Source: Eledone cirrhosa (lineage: Eukaryota). Taken from it: DNA of 64,000 nucleotides. The position numbers and the translations under genes were made by a program. The notes beneath the pieces were generated by a model. It was not told the origin of the DNA. It made no database searches and saw nothing but the letters and a program-made list of their open reading frames with translations. Where the stretch lies: assembly GCA_964016885.1 (NCBI GenBank), contig OZ024745.1, positions 83,948,001-84,012,000 of the forward strand. Direction: 5' to 3'. This document shows positions 1 through 14,053 of the stretch, in pieces. Numbering within the stretch: the first letter of the stretch is position 1; each line of letters starts with the position of its first letter.

Positions 1-58
1 ATTTGTAAGTTCGGATCTAGCTATACTAAATTGTGCTTCTGTTTGTTCATCGACCTGC

Positions 59-565
59 GAACTAGCCTACAAATTTAGAAGGGCCCTAAATAAACATAAA
101 CTCAATATTAAGATAGTAGAAAGACCAGGTACCTCCGTAAAAACACTTATTAGCAAGACATACCCGTTCCAAAGACCCTCATGTATAGATAAGAAATGTA
201 TAACCTGTAAAATAAGCCCCCATATTAACTGTAAAACTAGAAATGTAGTGTATAGCATAAGATGTACTGAAGGACAATGTAGAAACAAAAATATAGTGTA
301 CATAGGTGAGACAGCTCGTAGTATAGGGGAACGGATAAATGAACACTGGCGAGACCTTCAAGATAATAAAGAATCATCTGTACTCTACCAACATGCTAAG
401 ATAGAACACAAGGGTAAATTAGAGAACATAGAAATAAAAATAGAATCTACACACAGAAAAGATGCAATGTTTAGACAAATTACAGAGGCAGTAAACATAA
501 AAGAATTACAACCAAAATTAAATAGAAAATATGAGTGGAACAGCAACATCACAACTTACAATTAA
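59..565 (+). pseudogene. GIY-YIG endonuclease domain of a PLE ORF (5'-truncated)
   Basis: ORF 248..565 plus in-frame upstream sequence; VVY...YIGET-R...R..H motif. Confidence 0.88.
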
Positions 566-770
566 GGACAAAATGAAAACACACACACACATAGAACAAA
601 CAACCAACCAACAACATGTAAATAAATAAACAAATAGATAAATGAACACAAACACACACAGACACCCGGATGTGGCGCATGCGCAAACTCAGTACACAAC
701 ACACACACAGAAACAAAATGGCGTAGGACAGAAGAAAGGAAAGGCACAGAAACAAAGAAAGGAATCCCCA

Positions 771-815
771 GTCACTGAAGAGGTCACAGAGTGTGTGACG
801 AAAGGACTATGAAAC
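771..815 (+). ncRNA. Minimal type I hammerhead ribozyme in a PLE pLTR
   Basis: GTCA-CTGAAGA-G-GTCAC..GTGAC-GAAA-GGAC-TA-TGA. One extra nt after A9, tiny helix III, CUA triplet. Confidence 0.75.
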
Positions 816-967
816 AACTATCTGGTTGTGGAACCAACCAACCAACCAGAAATTTATAAATTTCTAGATTTGTAAATTTATAAATTTATAAATATATAAT
901 AAATTGAAGTGAAAGCAACTGGTGCGTGTGTTTCTTATTGGCAACATGACCCTCCCAAAGTATAACA

Positions 968-1000
<33 letters not shown>

Positions 1001-1002
<2 letters not shown>

Positions 1003-1197
1003 GGCAAATGTTTGACCCCGACGGCAGAGCTCAAACCGTTTCGACGGCTATTTCTGGACAGAGTCCATAAATCGCCATCGAAACGACTTGAGCTCTGCCC
1101 TCGGGGTCAAACATTTTTCTATTACCCACTCTACTACCCTAAGTATTGAGTACTCTGGTGCGTTATGGTCCATCTGGTTCCTTACCACACTTCCTTC

Positions 1198-1200
<3 letters not shown>
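1001..1200 (+). mobile_element. Fold-back fragment of a TA-inserted repeat family carrying the 3' half of an HHR
   Basis: Imperfect palindrome 1001-1122 followed by TATTACCCACTCTACTACCCTAAGTATTGAGTACTCTGG. The same family occurs at 18503-18585, 33720-33918 and 37451-37640. Confidence 0.75.
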
Positions 1201-1233
<33 letters not shown>

Positions 1234-1236
<3 letters not shown>

Positions 1237-1385
1237 GGCACAGAGAGTGCTAAAATGTACGTTATTCCGGGTTGATCGGAGGTAACCACAGTAAGTAAGG
1301 TACTCAATACATAGCAGAGTATAACAGTTTTAATATAGATGAGATTCTACAGGACTAGAACTGTTTCATTCATTAGAAATCATCA
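1234..1385 (-). mobile_element. Solo pLTR fragment related to the 1401-4270 PLE, with the HHR truncated at C3
   Basis: Similar to 1405-1530. The minus strand reads TGATGA-TTTC-TAAT-GAAT-GAAA-CAG..CTG-TA-GAA; (TA)n lies on both sides. Confidence 0.75.
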
Positions 1386-1486
1386 TATATATATATATAT
1401 GTAGGTCCCGCGTTGAGTCGGGGATAACCACAGTAAGTAAGGTACTCAATACATGGCAGAGTAAAATTTTTTTATTTTATAGAAGG

Positions 1487-1537
1487 AGCTTCTACAGGAC
1501 TAGTACTGTTTCATTCAGATGAAATCTTCAGGAAGCT
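1487..1537 (-). ncRNA. Type I hammerhead ribozyme in the 3' pLTR
   Basis: AGCTTC-CTGAAGA-TTTC-ATCT-GAAT-GAAA-CAG-TACTAGTC-CTG-TA-GAAGCT. Perfect 6-bp stem I, GUA triplet. Confidence 0.88.
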
Positions 1538-1974
1538 GGGTGTCATATTAAGTTCTGGTATTTATACATTTAGGTAGTGGCAAGGGAGGGTGGTGGATGG
1601 GGGGGGGGGCGTATTTAGATACAGAGGACCACTACATGGCACAGGCCGTTTTTTCTATGGGGAGTGGTCAATTAGCCAGAGTGCTTTTTTGAAATAAATA
1701 AATAAGTAAATAAATAAATAAATGAATAAATAAATAGATAAATGAATAAATAAATAAAATAAATAAAGAAATAAATAAAAAATAAATAAATAAAGACTCC
1801 AAGAATAGTAATTCAACAGATATATAGTAGGGAAATTTTTTAGGTGGGTTGGTAATAGAAATAAGCATTTAACAAGACCGAATCATGGCACAGACTGGGG
1901 TGAGTGGTCAAGTTAACATAGAAGCACAGGTGGCCAGAGTGTTTTAGTAGGATGGAAAGAATAAAATATATTTA

Positions 1975-2276
1975 CATACTCACAACCACATACAAAAACA
2001 CTTACACACACACATACATATATACTTACATATATATACACACACACACATACATATGTGTGTGTGTGTGTGCACACCTACACATTCACACACACATACA
2101 CATACATATATATATATATACACACACACACACATGTGTGCGCATACACACACACACACACACACACATACATATACACACACACACTCACACATACATA
2201 CACATATATACATATATACACAGGAAAAACACAAACACACAAATATACACACACACACGCATACACATACACACAC

Positions 2277-2354
<78 letters not shown>

Positions 2355-2691
2355 ACACATACACACGCGCGCATACACATATACACATACATATATATAC
2401 ATATACATATATATATACATATACATATATATGCATACATACACACACACATATACACATATATATACATATATATACACACCTACAAGTACGTATGTCT
2501 CTCTCGTGTAAACTATACTATACATACACATACATACATTTGCACACACATACATACACACACACACACACAAACACATACATTCACACATAAAAAAAAC
2601 ATATATACACATACACACATACATATATAATTTCATATATATATATATATATACATATACCCATACATATACATATATATATACATATATA

Positions 2692-2729
<38 letters not shown>

Positions 2730-2900
2730 CATACATATACACACATACATACATATACATACACACACACACACATACATATATTTACGCACATACATAC
2801 ACACGCATACACATTTACAAGCAAACACGCATACATACAAATAAGTACACAAACGCATATGCACAAACACGCACTCGTTCGCACTCATACATGTGTCTAT
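1975..2900. repeat. Compound (CA)n/(TA)n low-complexity tract within the PLE 3' UTR
   Basis: Direct inspection. Confidence 0.95.
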
Positions 2901-3539
2901 AATATAAAGGTAGTGGGACAAATTTTAAATTTTAAATTTTAAACTGGGCCTGATAGAGGATTAAAATAATTAATGTCACTATTAAGTTATTAATAGTATC
3001 ATCAAGTAATTAATTACTAATTATTATTTATTCCTTACTATTTACCATTCACTATTCGTTACCTATCTTTTATCCTATATCTAATACCTAATCATTCACT
3101 CATAAATAAATTAATAAATAAATGAAAGAGTTAACTAACAAACGAACAAATAAACAAATAAACCAGTAAATAAGCAAATAAATAAACAAGTAAATAAATA
3201 AATGGATAAATAAATAAATAAATAAGTAAATAAAGTAACTAAATAAATAAATAAATAAATAACTAAATAAATATACAAGTTAAATAGATAAATAAATCAT
3301 GAACGTGTGCGTGCAGCAGTTCATAACTGCACGTATGCAAACATGAGCAGGTATATACGTGAATTTGTGTGTGCGGCCACGGAACTTTACTCAGAGGCAT
3401 ACAACACAATATATAAGACCTGGAGGGGAGGAAAGAAGGTAATAATGAGAGATGGAGGGGAGGAAAGAGGGTAATAATGAGAGATGGAGGGACGGAAATG
3501 GGAAGGGAGGCTGGGGTGGGGTGGTGATATGAGGGGGGG

Positions 3540-4110
3540 TCAGTCGGGGGGCCGGGGGGGTCTGTAGTTTTTGTAATTTGCATAGTTCTTGTGCATGCAA
3601 TTAGGGGAGTGTTCCGAGATCTTGTTGAGGAGAGGGCCTTTGGCGAATAGAATCTCATAGCTCTCGGAGATACAGAGGTCACAGCAATTATGGCCTCCCG
3701 TGTATGATCGCGCTCTCTGGAGTAGTCTCCATTGGGTCTTGAAGGGGATGGAGTTCCTTTTTAGGTGCCAGATGTGGGCGGCGAGTGTAGTTTGGTTGGA
3801 TTTGTCTGGGCGCCGGAACGAGTGTGTGTGGGCGTACCAGCGAGTCTTAAAACTATTAGAAGTCATCCCGATGTACGAGTTTCTTTTTTCATCGGGGCCT
3901 GAGAGTACATCTCATATATACACAAGATCTTTTTTTAGACAGTTGTTGTTGAGAGGGCAGGTCGTCTTATCAGGGCAATTGCAGTTGCTATCGGTTGCTG
4001 GATGGGCTTCGGAAAAAGTAGACTTATTTAGCTTCTTGGTGTTGTTGTTGGCTAAGTTTCTGGCTAGATTAGGTGTGGTAGAGTAAGAGAGTCTAATGGT
4101 ATTCTTAAAT
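3540..4110 (-). pseudogene. Frameshifted linker and GIY-YIG domain of a Naiad-like PLE
   Basis: IRLSYSTTPNL..CNCPDKTTCPLNNNCL..VY / FKTRWYAHTHSF..TTLAAHIWHLK..CDLCISE..LLN..CMH. Homologous to 42130-42790. Confidence 0.88.
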
Positions 4111-4199
4111 CGTGTGTATCTAAATACCCCCCCCCCCCATCCACCACCCTCCCTTGCCACTACCTAAATGTATAAATACCAGAACTTAATATGACACCC

Positions 4200-4250
4200 A
4201 GCTTCCTGAAGATTTCATCTGAATGAAACAGTACTAGTCCTGTAGAAGCT
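4200..4250 (+). ncRNA. Type I hammerhead ribozyme in the inverted 5' pLTR
   Basis: Exact reverse complement of 1487-1537. Confidence 0.88.
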
Positions 4251-4269
4251 CCTTCTATAAAATAAAAAA

Positions 4270-4304
<35 letters not shown>

Positions 4305-4475
4305 TATATTTGTGTGTGTGTGTGTGTGTTTAATAATGTTCTATGTTTAATGGTAATTAGTCGGAAGTATGTATATACTGAAATGAAAGACACCTATTTC
4401 TTATAGAAAAATGTATTGTTGACGACTCCACTCACATTTGCATTCACACAAGTCTTCACAAAATACGTTTCTTTC

Positions 4476-4480
<5 letters not shown>

Positions 4481-4541
<61 letters not shown>

Positions 4542-4555
4542 TCTCTCTCTCTCTA

Positions 4556-4594
<39 letters not shown>

Positions 4595-4625
4595 ATCTCT
4601 ATCTATCGTACACACACACACACAC
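4481..4625. repeat. (CT)n/(CA)n microsatellite
   Basis: Direct inspection. Confidence 0.95.
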
Positions 4626-5082
4626 AGTATAACGTCTGTGTAACATAATAAACTAGTATATTCTGGAATATACTAGTACCACTTCAAAGTTTTAATATTT
4701 TCAAACAGCAGAGTTGATCCTGCATATTACCGTCAATAGCTTTACCTTGTATTGTATAATCCTAAGAAGTATAAAGGAATTAACCGTCTATAAAATAAAC
4801 AGAAACTCCCGGAAATGCCAGAAACTCCCAGAAATGCCAAACAGATAAACTTTCCTCAGACTTTATTTCTCAGGCCAGTCTCCTATCAATGTGACAAAGA
4901 AATATTCATTACTTGCTTCAATTCAGGTTAGGGGTGATCTTGTCAAAATTAATTGTATTCTTATCCTGCTAACTTCATATACGTGAATATGTGTTCAAAA
5001 GACTAAAACAAAAATTTAGTCTGTCTCAACCCGAAGGTTTATCAGGCTGTTCCTTATCCTGGTTTCCGCGACATTAAGCGAC

Positions 5083-5176
5083 TCACCTTAACGGATCATC
5101 AGCTCGATTTAAATGGGTTGAATCCGGATTTATTTAAACAGAACTGATGAGCCGTTAAGGTGAAATAAATTGTTCT
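5083..5176. ncRNA. Inverted pair of HHR-like cores (degenerate)
   Basis: Plus strand: AGAA-CTGATGA-GCC-GTTAA-GGT-GAAA-TAAATTG-TTCT (5140-5176). 5083-5114 is an imperfect reverse complement truncated at GA. The cleavage triplet is non-canonical. Confidence 0.5.
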
Positions 5177-5206
5177 CGGAAATGGTTTACTAACTGTAGT
5201 GGAACT

Positions 5207-5242
<36 letters not shown>

Positions 5243-5279
5243 AGGGTGGGGTGGGGGTTATACATATATATGTATGTAT

Positions 5280-6690
5280 ATATGAGAGCATGGGTCTGTG
5301 TCAATGGTGAGCTACTAGAACCTTTCTCAGTTGAGACAGGCGTGAAACAGGGTGACCTGCTCGCCCCGACTTTGTTTGCCAACTTTTTTGTTGCTGTTTT
5401 GGTGGCATATATGTTCGATAGGCTTTTTAACATCCGATGATTCCTCGCTGCATCAAAAAGATATCACACTGATACGTGATATATTTTATGCAGACCACTG
5501 TGATCATGTTAGCCACACAGAAGAAAACTTTCCACTCCTGATGGATTACTTCTCGGCAGCATGTGATTAATTCGGGCTGGCAATGAGACTGGAAGTTACA
5601 GTCGTGATGTACCAGCATGGACTCGCAAAGCCATATATTCCTACCTCTATATCTGTCAAACGGAAAATATTGAGGGTTGTGTATAGGTTTGTCTACCTGG
5701 GTAGTACTCTCTCGAGCAGCAGCACCCTTAATGATATGAAATATCAGCTGTCTAAAGCTTCCGATGCTATTGGTAAGCTGGGGAAGCGCCTGTGGTTACA
5801 GTCAGACATCAGTGTGCGCACGAAATTCAAAGTATCTCAGGCTAATGTGCTTACAGTCTCGCTCTATGAATGTGAGGCATGGACAACATACTGTCGGCAT
5901 AGCCAGCGTCTCTAATGTTTCCACTAACAATACTTGAGCTTCGTCCTCAAGATCTCATGGAGGTTTTATACACCAGACATCAAGTGAATGATCATGAAAC
6001 AGTGTCTCTATTGGACAGTTCATATAATACGCCTAAACGACAGCCGAATCCCCAAGCAAGTTCTGTATGCCAAACGCTTACGGTGCCAACTACACAAGCG
6101 CTTTAAAGACTGCTTGAAAGATACCTTGAAGAAAGTCAATATCAACGCGGAAACATGGGAAAATCTTGCAACCGATAGAGCCCAGTGGCGAAATCTCATT
6201 GCTATCGGTGTTGAGGAATATAAAAGAAGCAGCGGGCCTATGCCGAAGTAAAGCGAGCAGCTAAATATATGAGAGATGTTAGTCCGCTCCCAGAACTAGG
6301 TTGGAAAGAACTCTTACCTGTGGGGAATGCGGACGTGTATGTCAAAGGTTCAGCCACTTAGCCATATCAGACGTCAGACCCACGGAAATAACACGTTTGA
6401 GTACCCTATACATCTTGATTTTGCATGTGGCATCTGCAACAAAATGTCTCACTCTGCAAGTCGGATTACACGAAACCACAAAGTATGCCATGCCAACCAG
6501 ACACAAGCAGGTGCGAAACTTAACTGCACACTGTGTGGTATGGAGTGTAAGTCACTTCCTAGTTTGATGAGCCAGCTATGGTGGTATCAGCGACAGCAAC
6601 ATCAATAACATGAATTATTGATGATCTGGACAAATATCCATTGAGCCATTCTACTGAGAAACACAACTATCATACATAATATATATGTTT
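5280..6690 (+). mobile_element. Degenerate 5'-truncated RTE-clade LINE (RT C-terminal half plus C2H2-like cysteine motifs)
   Basis: [82 protein letters not shown]; many stops and frameshifts. Confidence 0.9.
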
Positions 6691-7126
6691 CGATACATTA
6701 AATTAGTACATAACTGCTCCAAATTCTTTTTTAGCGGCTCACACTGACTAGTATTTCGCACTTCTTTCTAGCAGAAATTACGTCCAGTTTTGTTTCTATC
6801 TGCCAACATAGATTAAACGATTATTGCACCATGTTGTCTGTCATGTTAGCATAACTTGTAGGTCTTGGCAGATATAAATAAGTATTTTTTACTCTATACT
6901 TTATTGCAACTTTACTTAAAGACGTAAATTCATCTGCTGGTTGATTTGCGTCTTCCGTAACTTTACTAGAATCGATAGCTGTTGATCGATTTTAAGTTAT
7001 GGTTCCAAAGAATTATGAAATGGTGCCATAAGGAAAGAAGACATTTTTTTCCATTTTGAAGTACGTATTTTTTCTAAATATTATGTGTCTTGTGTGTGTA
7101 CAAAATACTGTTTCTCAAATAATATA

Positions 7127-7226
<100 letters not shown>

Positions 7227-7349
7227 TATATATATATATATAGATATAAACAAAACAAAAAATGAGATGTCATACATGGGTGAAAGTATAAGGGAAGGAA
7301 ATTGAAAATGTAACTGGAGTCTTTTTTAAAATATTCATTTATTTCTTTT

Positions 7350-7673
<324 letters not shown>

Positions 7674-8380
7674 CTATTTATAGTTATGTATATACTATTA
7701 ACAACTATAAACAGGAAGGTCTGTAATTTCTTATTACCTCATTACCAGTAAGAGAAATAGCTCAATGTATGAACAACAGTTATTTTACAGAGCAGGAAAA
7801 TAAATAAATTATACAAGTATCAAAGTTGTGTTCAAATCATAACTTAAAACATTCAATATAAATATTAACTAAAATTTAATTCAATATATGTCTGCAAAAA
7901 CTGTATGTTTCTCAACACACATAAATTCGAACACTATCAACATTCAGCATCCACCATAGATTCTAATACATTAACATATTTGCTTAAAGTGCAATCTTTA
8001 TTCATCTATATATGCATAATAGCTTTGCTTGTCTCCTTCTCATGTATATGTCTAACGCAGTTGCACTCTCCACATGCCTGCATATGAATTGTTAATGTAC
8101 TCTTCTTTTCTCAAAACTACTTTCTCAATGCCTCTTTAATAATTGGACTATTCTCTTGTTTTATCTGTTTCATGTATTCCACTCCGTGCTTTTGATTTTA
8201 ATTTAATTTATTTTGAATTTGAACTTGAATGTTTGTACAATTATTGTACAATTCTCGTAAAATATATGTCACATCCATTCCACCCTGTAAATACGAAACT
8301 GTTGCTCACAACATCAATTTATATGTATCTATATTATTGTTCAGTTGAATAGGAGGTTAATTATATGTGCAAACATTGAT

Positions 8381-8432
8381 AATGCTCCGATGATTCCAAA
8401 CGAGAGATTGGAAGAAACGATTGTCAGCTATT
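8381..8432 (+). ncRNA. Minimal type I hammerhead, U4C core variant
   Basis: AATGCT-CCGATGA-TTCCAA-ACGAGAGA-TTGGAA-GAAA-CGATTG-TC-AGCTATT. GUC triplet; near the 3' end of a TA-flanked segment (7670-8468). Confidence 0.75.
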
Positions 8433-8465
8433 AAATGATTTGAACACAGCTTTGATAATTGTATA

Positions 8466-8531
<66 letters not shown>

Positions 8532-8535
<4 letters not shown>

Positions 8536-8639
8536 GAAAACGAAAAATCAGTGATGCGTCTGAGCTCAATTTATTGTGTGAAACAATTGTAACACAATAC
8601 ATTGAGTTCAAATGCATCACTGATTTTTCGTTTTCTATT
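8532..8639 (+). repeat. Fold-back palindrome centred on an HHR 3' half
   Basis: Arms of ~48 bp surround GAAA-CAATTG-TA (8580-8591). Confidence 0.7.
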
Positions 8640-8689
8640 CTATCATACTCTGCTCTGTAAGAGCATAGAGTGCTCAACCGGCATACCGC

Positions 8690-8734
8690 CTATGGAAGCA
8701 TCTTAGCTACCATCAGACACATATATATATATAC

Positions 8735-8777
<43 letters not shown>

Positions 8778-8797
8778 TGTGTGTGTGTGCGCGTATG

Positions 8798-8834
<37 letters not shown>

Positions 8835-8865
8835 GTGTCTGATGGTAGCTAAGATGCTTCCATAT
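8690..8865. repeat. Short inverted repeat enclosing microsatellite (MITE-like or fold-back)
   Basis: TATGGAAGCATCTTAGCTACCATCAGACAC ... GTGTCTGATGGTAGCTAAGATGCTTCCATA. Confidence 0.75.
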
Positions 8866-8898
8866 ATATATATGCGTGTGTTTGTGTGTGCGTGCGCG

Positions 8899-8933
<35 letters not shown>

Positions 8934-9327
8934 TAAGTGCAAGTATGTTTATGTTTATATATATGTGTATGTGTGTGTGTCTGTATGTATGTGTGCGTGA
9001 GTGTGTATGTGTGTGTATGTGTGTGTGTGCGTGTGTGTGTGTCTGTGTGTGTGCTGTATATTTATGTAAATTAAATATATTGCGGCGACATCATACATTT
9101 ATTAATCTTGCCACGTTGCGAAAAATTTACGGCTACTTAAATATTTCCAATATAGCTTAGAACCAATTACTTTATTTTTATTCTCCCAAATATGGTTATT
9201 CAATCTTGTCTCGTTGATATTAAAATACGTCTCTCGATTAAGAACATGTTAGTCATTCTAAAATTATAAGTAGATACCCTATCATACGAAACCTTATTTG
9301 CTGCAAATACTTAGCATACAAATATAA

Positions 9328-9515
9328 TAATTGTTTCTACGTTTGGCAGAAGGCCAGCAATTAAATAGTGTATTACTGGTACTTTGGTACTTTATTTTAT
9401 CGACCTTGTAAGGATGAAAGGCAAAGTTAACCTCGGCGGGATTTGAACTCAGACCATAAATGGCCGTAACTCTTTGCTGCAAAACATGGCGTCCGACCCT
9501 CTACCGATACTGCCA
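9328..9515 (-). mobile_element. tRNA-derived SINE (Nin-domain-like)
   Basis: Minus strand has a B-box GAGTTCAAATCC followed by TTTGCCTTTCATCCTTAC..GGTCGATAAAATAAAGTACC. Multiple copies in the window. Confidence 0.85.
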
Positions 9516-12389
9516 AAATATAATAATATCATATGACTGCCATTCACACAAACTCATAACTACGATTGTCTATTTTATAAATCGCTGCTTCAAATTTTCA
9601 ATTAGTTTTAATACCTATGAGTTGTATAATGATTTCTGTAGATTCTGATGCATTGCAATAAAGATATATGTTGCCTCAAACGGAATCTTGATATCTATAT
9701 ATAATATTTCAGGTGAATCTTTTAATTGGAACTGCAAGTTTCTATGAACGTTCACACAATTTCGGTAAACAGAAGTTCTGAACCATTTGTCATTGAAATA
9801 TGTGGTTTCGAATTATTTCACTTTTAACTGCAGCTGACTACCTTCAGATAAAAGCATAGAAAAGGTTTTTCTATTAACAGGATGTATAAGATTTATGTCT
9901 CTATCTAAAATTTGAAACTAAGGTTGGTACCCATTTTATTCATGTTCAATTCAAAGAGTATCATATTTGAAAGATTTTTCTTGAAGTGTTAGATGTAAGT
10001 TAGATGGAAATTGACATTATGTCCTTTTAAAATACGTTTTCTAATTTCTTTCTACATAATTGTCCAAATCTAATATGCCAGCACGGAATAAAGTTATTAA
10101 AACTCAAACTCTCCTTATATCACATTTTCCTTTTTATTTTATCCTGATTGCAGGATATACCGTTGTTCTTGACAATTTGTTCTATTTGAAACTCATAGCT
10201 CTCCTTATATCGTGAACGCTTCTGAATTTGGTCTAAATTGCAAAACAAAAACCTAATTTCACAATCCCTTGAAATATCTGTCTTTGAGCCTCATGAAATA
10301 ATCAAGATATGACAAATACGCATGCTAGAACACAACATGTATTAGAAGATTTCAAATGAATTTAATTTAGATATAAATAGTAGAAACAATTATCATGCTA
10401 AACTGCAATTCAGTTGATAGGTGGCTATGTATTTTTATCAATATGAATACGCATATAAGTGAAATATGTGAGTTAGTACAAAATGTAAGTGTTTTGGGGG
10501 GTACTAATTTTCTGTTTCAAATTTCCGTTAAAAATCCAAATACACATTTAAACATACATATCAGGCACAGATTACCATGTATTAGAAAAATATTAACCAC
10601 GAAAATTGTTCTGCCGTGGGACATAGAAAATATTTTAAATTGCAATCATGTCACAGCTACCTCATTGACCATGTTTCTGAAATTTTATCCGTCACCGGTG
10701 ACGTTTATTCACTGTGTACTGAGGCAACACGAGCCATAGCTTCTTTACTTTTGGGATGGGAAACATTTGCATATTGTGTGAGCTTGATCGGTTATAACTA
10801 ATTAGCAGTAGCATTAACAAGGCGTGGTTCACAATAAAAGTGTAAAAGAAGCATATATAATATATTTATATATAATGATGATTTAAACTGATTATGTCAC
10901 AGCTATCCTAGTAGCCGTGTAAAAGTGGCAGACCCATATTTCAGGATATTTAATCGCCATCGGGGACATTTATTCACTGAGACAAGAATAACGAATATAT
11001 ACATACATATGTGCGTGTATGAACAATTGTTTTATGATGTTTGTGTGTAACCACACAATAATATCATTTTAGTAATAAACCATTATATGGAATTAAATCC
11101 ATATAATCATGCTATAAGAACGACAAGAAAAAATGAAATAAAATAAATGAAACTATCCCTCCCCCACACACTCACGAGCATATGAAGGAATGTAGGAAAG
11201 GGATAGTTAGTGATAGGAATTGCGAAGTTAAGGGTATAACATATATCAATATGCGCATGCTCACTAATGCGAACATTCACGAACGCAAAAATGCATGACA
11301 AAAGGACTTAAGATAAAAAAAAAAGTGGAAGATATATTAGAAAAGAAATCTATTTCTTTTTTCTTTATATCGTTCTCTCTACAAATGACCTTAACAATTT
11401 TACCACGCAAGAAATCTTATACGTTCACCTATAAAAGTGTTGTTATGTCTCGAGGAAAGAAATCAAACCACCGCTAGATACTAAAAATAGTAGAACGCCA
11501 GATAAATTACCTGATGTTATATTATCATTTCTCTTACGTTCTGAATTCAAATCCCACTGGAATTAGCATCGCGTTTCATCCGCTCATGGTCGATCAAGCT
11601 AGCATAATTGACAAAAGTAATTAATATTTGCATGCCTTTAATTTAACGCATCATATCAATTCACAGTTGCCATTACTTAGATCGACATTATATACAGACA
11701 TATTGTATTATACGTGTTTATACTATAGATTACGTATATATCTTATATAAATATAGTATATTTTCTTGAATTATACATATGTATGTAGGGTCTCCTTACT
11801 TTTGATGAAGTTGTAGAGCTGCCATTGTGACATACGGCGTTTCGTGGCTATTTTAAACTTGAAGGAGCCCATTTCCTCTCCAGATCAGAACACAGCCGAT
11901 TTCTTCCAGAGAAGGATTAAGAGTGATAGTGGGAGTGAGAAAGTGGTACAGAGAAAGTATAAACCCCATTATTCTTTTAACCTCGAAAGGAAGAAGGTCA
12001 AAGTGCAGGGAGGTGGAACGAATACCGCAAAGCATTCTATCGGACGTTTTAACAACTCCTTGCTTTTAGTATATTGTAATTTTATGATTAACATTATCTA
12101 TTTAGAAGTTGACGGCCATCAAAAATGGGATAATTATTTCTTTTTGCAACGGAATGTTACCAGAAAACCTCTTGTAGACATTTTTTCGTTTAGTGGCTAG
12201 ATAAACCAGAACGGCAAGATTGTTTTTATATATTCTAAACATCCTTTTTATGTCGTTATACAAAGCCAGCGTGAGGAGCAAAGTTAAACGAAAATCTAAA
12301 GAGGAACGTATTGTTAGCCCTATTGTACTTTATCGTGATGATTCCAACCATGCCATAAGACTGTTTGCTTATATCAGTCTTCACATTAG

Positions 12390-12530
<141 letters not shown>

Positions 12531-12624
12531 GTAATAATAATAAATGTGAAGAATAAAATCCAAAGAGGACTCGATAAGGATAAATATATATATCAAATAT
12601 ATAAGAACCCTAGAGCAAATATTT

Positions 12625-13790
12625 ATTAAAATAACAGATTAAAGTTTAAGCAAAGAATCGCTGCGTTCACCCTTAACGGGATCTTCTGAAACTAAAAGAA
12701 TGAATCTGTGAACGCAGAAGTAAATATTTCAAAAAAACGTTGCAACCGAAAGAAAACAGGAAGACGATACTTTGGTTCGTGAAGACGTTCCCTGGTAATG
12801 AACGGAAAAAAGCGAAGATAATACGTCGTAATATGGGGCGCGAGAACAATTGATAGTACGAACAATACGCGGATAATTTACGTCTTGATGTGGTAGCTAA
12901 GTATATTTTATGTTTATACCATTACGTATATGTATAGGTAAGTATACCTTACTCGTATGTTTTGTGGAGGTAGGTATACTTTCTCGTACGTATATACGCT
13001 TGCATTTGTTATAGGTGTATATAATATATACTGGTGTGTGTGTATATGGTTATGTGTATATGTGTATTTCGTGCTTGCGCGTGTATATTTGTATGCGTGT
13101 ATGCGTGTTTGCACGTGTGTATGGTGTGAGTTTATGTGTACTTTGGGTTTATGTACGTTTGGTGAACATTTGTAGGTATGTGTGCGTGCGTTATATACGT
13201 ATTTATGTGTGTATATTTATATACGTTTATAATTATATGTATATATACACACATACACACACACATGTTTTATATCTGTATTTAGTGTATACATTCGTAC
13301 GTGTGTCGCGTGGGTTTACGTACGTGTGCGCGTGTTTATGTGTATGTGCATGTTTATCCATGCATGGCGTGTCTTTTGCGTATGCACGTGAATATACGTA
13401 TTTAGATTTGTGTATGTATATATTTAATTATTTTTACTTTTATGATTTTAATAACCTCTGTCATTTTCGTTCAACTAACTTATTTACATTATTCTTAATT
13501 CCGGAGCCGAGAATCATTCGGTTTCCTAAATAGAATATTAGTCTAATGACTCAATTTATACCATAAACGTGGTTTTGTCTTTGCGTGTAATTGTTCTCAG
13601 CGCTCCACATTTTTATTCCGTTCAGTACCAGGGAACGTCTCGACGAACCAAACTATCGTCTTCCTGGTTTCCTTCGGTTGCAACGTTTTTCGAAATATTT
13701 ACTTCTGCGTTCACAGATTGATTATTTTAGTTTCAGAAGATCCCGTTAAGGGGGAAAGCACCGATTCTTTGCTTAAACTTTAATCTGTTA

Positions 13791-13798
<8 letters not shown>
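12625..13798. mobile_element. Non-coding HHR-bearing repeat with inverted terminal arms (12625-12830 and 13610-13798)
   Basis: The arms are imperfect reverse complements. Homologous to 36525-37320 and ends in (TA)n. Confidence 0.8.
13729..13779 (+). ncRNA. Type I hammerhead with U4A core variant (other copies 12643-12693 -, 36536-36586 -, 37254-37300 +)
   Basis: AGTTT-CAGAAGA-TCCC-GTTAA-GGGG-GAAA-GCA..TGC-TT-AAACT. The 37258 copy has the canonical CTGAAGA. Confidence 0.6.
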
Positions 13799-13862
<64 letters not shown>

Positions 13863-14053
13863 GGTTTGAAGGTTCACCACTGGATAGAGCTGGTCAATTC
13901 AGTATGGTCAATCTTAATGTAATAATATGGAGAGTAATCAACGTAAAGCAGTTCAACTATCTTCGTTTTTGTAGTTGGTCGTGCTAGTACGGAGTTAAAT
14001 ATTATAATAAAATGACAGGGGCTGTACTTGTGTAAATCCTTGAAAGGTTTATT

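Larger units (their letters stand above)
59..968 (+). mobile_element. 3' part of a Penelope-like element (family A, tentatively Nematis-like): GIY-YIG C-terminus, 3' UTR and pseudo-LTR ending in (TA)n
   Basis: Reading IKIVERPG..CxxxxCxxC..NCKTRNVVYSIRC..YIGETARSIGERINEH..RQITEAVNI..LNRKYEW. Closely similar to ORF 38524-39897. The terminus GACCCTCCCAAAGTATAACAA is shared with 35330-35715 and 37981-39925. Confidence 0.9.
1401..4270 (-). mobile_element. 5'-truncated Naiad-like PLE with microsatellite-rich 3' UTR, 3' pLTR (1401-1625) and inverted 5' pLTR copy (4115-4270)
   Basis: GIY-YIG remnant at 3540-4110. 4115-4270 is the reverse complement of ~1467-1625. Flanked by (TA)n. Confidence 0.88.

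Noticed and set aside
1952-2942. Long His/Thr/Tyr/Ile and Cys/Val ORFs (also throughout 28900-33500 and elsewhere)
   Set aside because: These are translations of (CA)n/(TA)n microsatellites, not genes.
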